Below the pieces are notes generated by a model. It searched no databases, had not been told where the DNA came from, and saw only the letters and a list, made by a program, of their open reading frames with translations. 64,000 nucleotides of DNA, from contig JAVLKG010000003.1 in NCBI GenBank assembly GCA_032128875.1, positions 1,016,974 to 1,080,973 on the forward strand, given 5' to 3'. Made by a program: the position numbers and the translations under genes. This document shows, piece by piece, positions 56,653 to 64,000 of this stretch (the stretch's first letter is position 1; every line of letters begins with the position of its first letter). The stretch is from Candidatus Melainabacteria bacterium 17Bon1m. GTDB taxonomy: Bacteria; Cyanobacteriota; Vampirovibrionia; Obscuribacterales; Obscuribacteraceae.

Positions 56653-58167
56653 CTAATATGCTGCGGCGGTTGCTTCCGCCGGCGTCAAGCTGACCTCGAT
56701 TTCGAATGTTCTATTCCATGGTTGCTTGACTGAAATACTGCCCGGCGCAAATTCGAGGCATTTGCCGATGCGCAGGACGTACGGGGCGAGCATTGCCGCT
56801 AGCTCATTGCCGGGCAAGGCACCTTGCAATTTGGGGCGAACCTGAGTCTGATATCCCCAATCATCCGCAAGTCTGACGAATAGGCAGCGCTGAAGTGGTG
56901 CTTCAACATTGGCGTTGTTTTTCTTGCCATACCAGTGCGCAATCGCCAGAGCGAGTGCAGAGCCCGTTGCGTTGCCTGTTGTGTTCCACCCTCCGTAGCC
57001 CCACAGTTTTTTAAGCAAACCTGGCTTAGACAGCATCTTTTCCATGAGGATAGGATCGCTTCCATTTGCGTATGCGACGTCGGCAATAGCGACGGGCAGA
57101 TGGCAAGCTTCTAAAAAGCGAATTGAATTTTCCGCCGAGCGTTCACTCTCGATGTTCGTCAAATTCGGTAAGCCTTGTATGAGAACATGATCGCCCTGAC
57201 GAGAGTCGGGAAGGTGGACGAGGAATACGAAATCCGCATCAATAGCCGTTGCTGCTGTGGTGGTATTGTAGGTGCCTGTAACTTGAACGCCGCAAGCCTT
57301 CAAATGTGATTCGATGGTGCGTGCGATTGTTTGACCCTCATAGCGGCTGAAAATCTCGCCCATGGTCTCGTTGGAATAAACCAGCGCTACTTTTGGTGCA
57401 CCTGCCTTGGAAGTCAGATGTCGTGCGATGAGAGAGCATAAAACCTCATCAGCACCGGCATACACCGATATGCGATCGGTGATGTTCATGTCCTGCGCTG
57501 TTTTTTCGAGCATTTGTTTTTCAACAAGGTTCAAACCATACTCGCCTGAATCGTCCAAACTGAGTGTGATGCGCTCGAGTTGCTTATCTCTGACGAGTTC
57601 CAAACATTTTTTCAATGCCTGAAAATTTCTGAATCTTGTGTCCATATAATCCTGCCGAATCTCAGCAGGGACACGCATCTCAAGCGTGCGCAAATGCGTT
57701 CGGTCACCTTCACGGTTTTTCGTCAGCTTGTGCATCTCTTGCGACCAGGCGTAAATTTCGCGACCATATTTTGCCCAGTATTCTTTTTCTTCTGTATTGT
57801 CGTAATTGTCAGAAATGCGCATGATGCTTGCCTGGCAAGATATTGAAGGCTTCTTTTCGCTGCGTTTGTACCAAGCTTTGAGACCATCGACTCGCTTTAA
57901 GACTTCGGGCAAAGTGATTGGTGCGCGTCGCGATGGAATCAATCCGCCGTAAAGCAAACTGTCGAGCGCCAGAATGAGAGCGTCTGGTTTTGACGTGCTC
58001 GCTTGCTCCAGCCATTCCATGAGCTTTGCCGGGTCGGCGGGTTGAGAAAGAGAGCCCATCAATTTGCGCGGGGGCGCAATTGTTTCAATGCCAGCAGCCT
58101 GAGCAACCATCTGAGGATACACATAAGTAACCGGGCGATCGTCGAGTGGCAAGAGCAGCAGTTTCAT
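56653..58167 (-). CDS. DUF4127-family protein
   Basis: LPLDDRP, LLYGGLIPSR, GADEV, ADVAYANGSD, GWNTTGNATG. Confidence 0.8.
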   Translation of the reverse strand: MKLLLLPLDDRPVTYVYPQMVAQAAGIETIAPPRKLMGSLSQPADPAKLMEWLEQASTSKPDALILALDSLLYGGLIPSRRAPITLPEVLKRVDGLKAWYKRSEKKPSISCQASIMRISDNYDNTEEKEYWAKYGREIYAWSQEMHKLTKNREGDRTHLRTLEMRVPAEIRQDYMDTRFRNFQALKKCLELVRDKQLERITLSLDDSGEYGLNLVEKQMLEKTAQDMNITDRISVYAGADEVLCSLIARHLTSKAGAPKVALVYSNETMGEIFSRYEGQTIARTIESHLKACGVQVTGTYNTTTAATAIDADFVFLVHLPDSRQGDHVLIQGLPNLTNIESERSAENSIRFLEACHLPVAIADVAYANGSDPILMEKMLSKPGLLKKLWGYGGWNTTGNATGSALALAIAHWYGKKNNANVEAPLQRCLFVRLADDWGYQTQVRPKLQGALPGNELAAMLAPYVLRIGKCLEFAPGSISVKQPWNRTFEIEVSLTPAEATAAAY

Positions 58168-58185
58168 TCAGTGGGACCCCTTTTC

Positions 58186-58905
58186 CTATGGTTTGTTTGA
58201 ATCAAGTGAACCTGGAATGCTGTGCTGGGATGGTGGCAACGCTGTTGTGGCGCCAAACTTCACTCCCTTCTTTACCTCATTTTCCGCGGCAACGAGCACG
58301 CCATTGTCTGCGCTCTCGGTTTGCTCGGGCGAGATGGTCTGACAGACTTCAGCATCGCTGAAATCATCTTTCGTCCAAACGACCGCCTCGAAATAGAAAT
58401 TCTGCCCAATCATGTCGCCCTGCACAGGCGTTTCGACAAACAATTGTCCAATGCCGCCTTCGCCGATTCGAACCAGTGCGACGAGCTTTCTGTCCGCACC
58501 AAGTCGAATTTTGTGTCCGGCAATGTCTTTGGCGCCGGAGTTTTTGTCAGCCATGGCGATTGCTGCCCAAGCTCCGGGCTTCCCTTTGACGATGAATTCT
58601 TCAGAGCGGCCCAAAATCATGCGACCTGGCAGATAGAGGCGAGGAGGCACCAATCGGTCGGACAGCTTCAGGCGGCTCGCCAGTGTTCGGCGTCCGGGGA
58701 TCGAAATCGGCTCGGTGATCGGGTCGTCATTCGCCGACCCGGCTTGTTGCGAACCCCTGGTAAACGGAGTGGGGTGGGTTTTTAGCATATTGGGAGGTCC
58801 GAAAACCTCGTCCGCAGCCAGCGCCGGACTGCAGAAAACCGGTACTAGTAGGCTGAACGCGAGCCCCAATGCGGCGTGTCTGCTTGCTTTTGAAAACAAT
58901 CTCAT
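58186..58905 (-). CDS. Exported hypothetical protein
   Basis: Signal peptide ending ALA; 239 aa. Confidence 0.7.
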   Translation of the reverse strand: MRLFSKASRHAALGLAFSLLVPVFCSPALAADEVFGPPNMLKTHPTPFTRGSQQAGSANDDPITEPISIPGRRTLASRLKLSDRLVPPRLYLPGRMILGRSEEFIVKGKPGAWAAIAMADKNSGAKDIAGHKIRLGADRKLVALVRIGEGGIGQLFVETPVQGDMIGQNFYFEAVVWTKDDFSDAEVCQTISPEQTESADNGVLVAAENEVKKGVKFGATTALPPSQHSIPGSLDSNKP

Positions 58906-58978
58906 GGCATCCGATTCTTTATATATATGTTGGACTTAGTGGATTATATCGCCTCGCGAATGTTGCGGCGCCGTTTTT

Positions 58979-59065
58979 GTAGGGACTATGCCATGCATCG
59001 CCCGCTGTTCGGTAGGGCAGGCACATGTGCCTCCCAGCCCAGGGAGCCGGATGCGGCTTCCCTAC
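58979..59065. repeat. GTAG-type REP-like cluster
   Basis: GTAGGG..AGGCACATGTGCCT..GGGAGCCG..CGGCTTCCCTAC; related to 39388-39531. Confidence 0.7.
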
Positions 59066-59072
59066 ATCTGAT

Positions 59073-59396
59073 TTGGAAAGATTGATATGCTGGTTGGATA
59101 TTGATCGAGGGAAGTATTTCAGTTTGGCTCGATTGACTGCCTCAGGACCGCCGCAGCCGCTGGCGACCACGATTAAGGAGTGGTTGCTGGAGCAGGTTCC
59201 GCTTATGGAGGCATTTCTGATTGCTGTCAGTATCCATGTGGCGTTGTTTCCTGTCATGTGGTTCATCGGCTTTGCGTTGCCCTGGCCCAAGTCTCCGGTA
59301 ATAACGACGATTATTGAATACGATCTTGGAAACTGGCCCGAGATGCCCAAACCAAAGAAAGTTTTTGAATTTCGCGATCCCAAGCTCAATCAATAG
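59073..59396 (+). CDS. Small membrane protein (start uncertain)
   Basis: TM segment with SxxxH motif (AVSIHVAL), as in TonB/TolA anchors. Confidence 0.55.
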   Translation: MERLICWLDIDRGKYFSLARLTASGPPQPLATTIKEWLLEQVPLMEAFLIAVSIHVALFPVMWFIGFALPWPKSPVITTIIEYDLGNWPEMPKPKKVFEFRDPKLNQ

Positions 59397-59755
59397 CGCA
59401 GTTGTGCGTTCTGTTTTGCTCCCCGAGGCTCGGTTGGGCGGGGAACTTTAGCTTGGAATTTTCGCTCGGAATTTTCATTTGCCGATTCGATTAACTTTGG
59501 ATTTGCGATTGAACTTTTTTGTATATCAACTCGTATTTAATTGTATGAGCAGTCGGATGCAATGCAGAATTTTTATCGAATTGGTGGTGTAACTACGGAT
59601 CCGCTGAGCGTTTATTAGCCTAGACTGATACTTAAATCACAGACGCGCGCATTACCCGTGGTGGCTTGTGATCTCGAAGTATATCTTTTGGATTTGCGGT
59701 TTGTATCCGCTGGTTTTGTAGTCGGTGTGTGTTGGATAGCGAGAAGGCGATTGGT

Positions 59756-62401
59756 ATGAACAGCGGCAATGGCAAAGAGCAGGCAAATTCGTCAGGTGGC
59801 GGCGCAGGGATGAATCTCTCTGCACGGGGCAAAGTCTGGCTTGTGCCGAAGGTAAGCCCAGCGGACGCCGCGCTTGTCGCAGCTGCGAGCGGGTCTGACT
59901 TGATTGCTCGCCTTTTGGTTCGTCGTGGATTCGACTCGGCAGAAAAGATTCAAGCCTTCCTGGACAGCACAGGATATACCTATACCAGTCCACACGAATT
60001 ACCCGATGTAGATAAAGCTGTAGCTCGCATCACTGATGCTATCAACAAGAAACAGCACATCACCGTATATGGTGACTACGATGTGGACGGTGTGACCGGA
60101 ACGTCCGTTTTGATGACTGTTTTAAAACGCCTGGGAGCCTCGGTCAGCTACTACATCCCCCATCGCACCAGCGAAGGTTATGGGTTGAATGTCAAAGCTG
60201 TAAGTATTCTTGCAAGCAAGCACAGGACCAAACTGATCATTACTTGCGATTGCGGCGTGTCCAATTTTTCAGAGATAAATCTTGCCCGGTCTCTGGGCGT
60301 CGACACGCTTGTACTCGATCACCACACTATGCCGGAAATGTTGCCGCCGGCTGTGGGCATTGTGCACCCCAAGCGGCTTCCGGAAGATCACCCACTTTTC
60401 CATTTGCCCGGCGTGGGTGTTGCTTACAAAGTATGCGAAGCGCTCCTCACCGAGCATGGGCATGCCGATGAAGTGGAAAGCCTTCTCGATTTTGTTGTTC
60501 TCGGCATGATCGCCGACCTTGTACCTCTTGTTGGAGAAAACCGGCACATTGTCCGCAATGGTTTGCAGGCATTGCTCAAGTCCCCAAGACCTGGCATGCA
60601 AGCACTTCTTGGACAAGTGCAGAAGTCCGGTGACACCGATATGGTGGCATTTGGAATTGCTCCGCGCATCAATGCTGTTGGACGTCTTGCCGATGCCAAT
60701 ACAGCAGTGGAGTTGTTGACGACAAATGACGCATCAGTAGCCGAAAATATCGCCAAGCAACTTCAGTTGGAAAATACACGCCGCCAAGATCTTTGCGACA
60801 AGATTTTTGCTGAAGCCGACAAGATGGTTCAAGATCGCATCGATCTGTCTGCAGATCGCTGCATCGCTATCTACAAGGAAGGCTGGCATCACGGCGTTGT
60901 CGGCATTGTCGCTTCCAAGTTGGTTGAGAAATACAATCGACCGGTTTTCATCGGTGAATTAGAGCCGGAAGAAAATGTCGTCAAAGGCTCGGCGCGCGGA
61001 GTCGATGCTATCGATCTCTATCAAGTGCTCAAGGCTAACGAGCATTTGCTCACCAGATGGGGCGGGCACAAGATGGCGGCCGGTTGGGGCGTCGAAGGCT
61101 CAAAAGCCGATGTACTATGCCGGGCGCTGACGGATACTTGCAACAAGATGCTCGCCGGCGATCCTCTTATCCCAACATTGAATATCGATGCTGAAGCATT
61201 TGCTGTGACTGTCGATCTCGACCTGGCTCGCAACCTTCAATCATTGGCACCGTTCGGAATGGGCAACCGCAAGCCAATTTTCATCTTGCGCGGTATGACT
61301 TGCCAATCAACACGTGTCTTGGGCAAAGATGGCAAACACCACAGAGTCATGCTCGAGCACAACGAGATTGCAGAAGCACTCGAATGTGTGATGTGGAATA
61401 CCCAAGGTGTCGTTCCGCAAGACGGGGAGCGCATCGATGTCGCGTTCACTCCGGAAGTGAATACTTTCAATGGACGTGATCGATTGCAGTTAGTTTTGTC
61501 GGACTGGCGTATTGAGCGGCAGGGTGATGACGATATCCAAATAACCGAGGCGACGATCAAACGCAGTTTAGCTGTTCCTCAAAAGGCACCGGTAGCTTCA
61601 TCCGTTCCTGCATCCACTGATGAGGGTGTCCCGGCTGTGGCAGGAACGCGCCGAGAGATTCGTTCGCAAATAACCACGTGGAAAGACCTTCGCGAATTCG
61701 ACAATAAAAGCGAGGTCTTGAAGAAAGCTGCAGAGCGTTTGGGTTCTGATTATGTGATGTTCAGTGAGACGACTCCTCACGCGGGCGACATGAATGCTTC
61801 TGATCGCACGACTTTGAAGGCTGCGGGTAACTTGATCATTTGGCAGTATCCGCCCAGCTCCAACGTTTTGAAGGAAGTTTTGGACAAGGTCAAACCCAAG
61901 ACCGTTTTTGTTGTCGGACAGCCTGACGATGTAACTGATGACGCGTCGGTTTTCCTCAAGCGCTTACTTGGTCTCATTAAGTACGCTGTCAACAACAAAG
62001 AGGGACAGGTTGAAGGTGACAAGCTTGCTGCGCTCATGGGCACTAGCAAGATGGCAATAGCTCTGGCGCTAACCCTCCTTCGCAAAGTCCACGTGGTGGA
62101 CTGGTTTGCCGAAGAAGGTGTTCTGTTCCTCGATCTGATTGGACAACCCGAGAGTGCCCCAGAGGATCACCCTGAATTCCGCCAACTGTCTGACAGTTTG
62201 CAACAAGTCAAGAAGTTTAGGACCTGGATGTCCGAAACCGCGCTCAAAGAGATACAATTAGCGGTCGCTACCAACCAGATTGAGTTGGTAAGCCCTGGCG
62301 AAACAGATTCCCTTACACAACCCGGGGAAGACACGCTTCTGACCGTTAATGAGGATTTTGAAAATGACCAACCCGACAGCCGCGAAGGCGCCAGCATCTG
62401 A
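59756..62401 (+). CDS. recJ: ssDNA-specific exonuclease RecJ with C-terminal extension
   Basis: GDYDVDG, ITCDCG, LDHH, PRINAVGR, GSARG, GGHKMAAG. Confidence 0.96.
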   Translation: MNSGNGKEQANSSGGGAGMNLSARGKVWLVPKVSPADAALVAAASGSDLIARLLVRRGFDSAEKIQAFLDSTGYTYTSPHELPDVDKAVARITDAINKKQHITVYGDYDVDGVTGTSVLMTVLKRLGASVSYYIPHRTSEGYGLNVKAVSILASKHRTKLIITCDCGVSNFSEINLARSLGVDTLVLDHHTMPEMLPPAVGIVHPKRLPEDHPLFHLPGVGVAYKVCEALLTEHGHADEVESLLDFVVLGMIADLVPLVGENRHIVRNGLQALLKSPRPGMQALLGQVQKSGDTDMVAFGIAPRINAVGRLADANTAVELLTTNDASVAENIAKQLQLENTRRQDLCDKIFAEADKMVQDRIDLSADRCIAIYKEGWHHGVVGIVASKLVEKYNRPVFIGELEPEENVVKGSARGVDAIDLYQVLKANEHLLTRWGGHKMAAGWGVEGSKADVLCRALTDTCNKMLAGDPLIPTLNIDAEAFAVTVDLDLARNLQSLAPFGMGNRKPIFILRGMTCQSTRVLGKDGKHHRVMLEHNEIAEALECVMWNTQGVVPQDGERIDVAFTPEVNTFNGRDRLQLVLSDWRIERQGDDDIQITEATIKRSLAVPQKAPVASSVPASTDEGVPAVAGTRREIRSQITTWKDLREFDNKSEVLKKAAERLGSDYVMFSETTPHAGDMNASDRTTLKAAGNLIIWQYPPSSNVLKEVLDKVKPKTVFVVGQPDDVTDDASVFLKRLLGLIKYAVNNKEGQVEGDKLAALMGTSKMAIALALTLLRKVHVVDWFAEEGVLFLDLIGQPESAPEDHPEFRQLSDSLQQVKKFRTWMSETALKEIQLAVATNQIELVSPGETDSLTQPGEDTLLTVNEDFENDQPDSREGASI

Positions 62402-62948
62402 GCTTACGCTGCCACTGTCCACGGAAAAGTCTGACTGGCTAAAGTCGACCATTAGAGATATTCCTGACTTTCCAAAGCCTGGCATTATCTTCAAAGACAT
62501 CACTACGCTTTTGAAAGATCCGCAAGCGTTCGGATTCGCAATTGATGTAATTACTGAGCAAGTTCGAAAACACAATGTCGATTATGTTGTCGGCATTGAA
62601 GCACGCGGATTCATTCTTGGCTCGGTAATTGCTTACAATTTGGGTAAAGGCTTTATTCCAATTCGCAAGCCGAACAAGCTGCCGTATAAAGTCGAGAAAG
62701 TTGAATACGACCTCGAGTATGGAACAGATTCTGTCGAAGTGCACATCGATGCAGCAGCGAAAGGACACAAAGTCGCGCTCGTTGATGATTTGCTCGCCAC
62801 CGGCGGAACCGCTGCTGCCGCCTATCAACTGCTGACAAAGCTCGGCGCAGAGGTCTCCACTATTGGATTCATCACCGAACTCTCATTCCTCGATGGACGC
62901 AAAAAGTTGCCTGCTAACGTCGATATCTTCTCGCTGATTAACTACTAG
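62364..62948 (+). CDS. apt: Adenine phosphoribosyltransferase
   Basis: PDFPKPGIIFKDIT, EARGF, YDLEYG, VDDLLATGGT. Confidence 0.97.
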   Translation: MTNPTAAKAPASELTLPLSTEKSDWLKSTIRDIPDFPKPGIIFKDITTLLKDPQAFGFAIDVITEQVRKHNVDYVVGIEARGFILGSVIAYNLGKGFIPIRKPNKLPYKVEKVEYDLEYGTDSVEVHIDAAAKGHKVALVDDLLATGGTAAAAYQLLTKLGAEVSTIGFITELSFLDGRKKLPANVDIFSLINY

Positions 62949-62951
62949 TTC

Positions 62952-64000
62952 ATGCGAATGTACAAACGATCGAATAAAGCCACAAGGGTGGCTCGTCTCC
63001 TTGCCGCTTCACTCGCTGTTTTCGCACACGTGTGCTACCCCGCACAGGCTTATTTGGATGAACCTGAGATTGATAATGAATCTCAGCAAATGCATTGGAA
63101 ATGTGGCTTTATCGACAAGCAAGGCAAGCCTGTTATCGAAGCTAATTATGACGGTGCGAAGCGCTTTTCCGAGGACCTAGCACCTGTTTGCATTAAGGGC
63201 AAATGGGGTTTTATCGACACGAATGGTGACCTCAAAATTCCGATGCAATTTGAAGACGCAAACTCTTTTTCGAATGGTTTGGCGGCTGCTCAAGCAAAAG
63301 GCAAATGGGGTTTTATCGATGCCACTGGCAAATTCGTGATTGCGCCTCAGTTTTTGTCTGCAAAGAAGTTCTCTGAGTCATTGGCTTTTGTTGAGGTTGA
63401 GCAAAATAAATGGTCTTGTATCGACAAAACAGGGAAAGTTCAGTTTGCACTCGATGCGAATGTTAGTAGTGTAGATAATTTCAAAGGCGGCTTGGCTGTT
63501 GTTCATCGGTCAAGTACCGCTGAGTATCGAGATCCGAAAGGAGAAAAGCTCTTCAGTGAGTTTGAACGACATTCGCATCCGTTTTCTGAAAAATTAGCGT
63601 GTGTTTCTGTTTCACCAAATGGTTGGAATTATTCTTACGGCTATATTGACGAAAAAGGAAGGACTGTCGTAGAGCCAACATACGCACGTGCAGGTTCTTT
63701 CAGTGAAGGTCTTGCTTGTGTTTGTGTTCACGAGGGTGAACAAGAAATGTTGCCGAAATACCCGATGGGAAAATGGGGATATATTTCCAAAGACGGAAAG
63801 GTTGTTATTGCTCCCTCGTTTGACGATGCTGGAAATTTCCACGAGGGAATGGCGGTAATTCTCGTTGGTGAGAATGGGCTTTGCGGCTATATAGATGCGA
63901 GGGGTAAAACAGTGATTCCGGCGAAATACGTTCGTGGTTTTGACTTTAGCGACGGACTAGCACTGGTCCGCGAAGGCACAACCTGGAAATTCATCGACAA
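62952..64000 (+). CDS. WG-repeat (KWG) exported protein, 3' truncated (not in ORF track)
   Basis: Signal peptide ending AQA; repeated GKWGFID..G...I...F..A..FSEGLA units. Confidence 0.9.
   Translation, partial: MRMYKRSNKATRVARLLAASLAVFAHVCYPAQAYLDEPEIDNESQQMHWKCGFIDKQGKPVIEANYDGAKRFSEDLAPVCIKGKWGFIDTNGDLKIPMQFEDANSFSNGLAAAQAKGKWGFIDATGKFVIAPQFLSAKKFSESLAFVEVEQNKWSCIDKTGKVQFALDANVSSVDNFKGGLAVVHRSSTAEYRDPKGEKLFSEFERHSHPFSEKLACVSVSPNGWNYSYGYIDEKGRTVVEPTYARAGSFSEGLACVCVHEGEQEMLPKYPMGKWGYISKDGKVVIAPSFDDAGNFHEGMAVILVGENGLCGYIDARGKTVIPAKYVRGFDFSDGLALVREGTTWKFID

Overview
The window has two parts. Positions 1 to about 26,490 are the right-hand part of a podovirus-like prophage. It abuts the 3' end of a tRNA-Ala(GGC) gene (26494-26566, minus strand); the integrase and the other att site are not in the window. 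The plus strand carries a late operon: large virion/ejection-like protein, terminase, portal, scaffold, capsid, adaptor, nozzle-like protein, Gly-rich fibre and lysis cassette. The minus strand carries a convergent early operon: XRE HTH, RHH, ERF recombinase, resolvase, DnaB, GroES, MazG-like, SLOG, sigma factor and adenine methyltransferase. Positions about 26,670-64,000 are host chromosome: radical SAM, TolC, kinases, HU, PucR-potA-potD, DICT-GAF-GGDEF-HD-GYP, TPR and MshEN proteins, recJ, apt and a WG-repeat gene. The gene repertoire suggests a diderm non-photosynthetic relative of Cyanobacteria (Vampirovibrionia/Melainabacteria); this is inference only. The most notable observations are: (i) two distal tail genes (nozzle-like and fibre) begin with classical Sec-type signal peptides; (ii) an 83-nt G-U-rich, strand-specific RNA hairpin lies in the early leader, behind a promoter whose -35 sits in a perfect palindrome; (iii) a duplicated hairpin/pseudoknot motif precedes the scaffold and major capsid genes; (iv) a 15-nt motif is duplicated at near-identical spacing before the packaging and lysis clusters, a candidate promoter for the phage sigma factor. 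All calls were made by eye from motifs and synteny; no searches were run.
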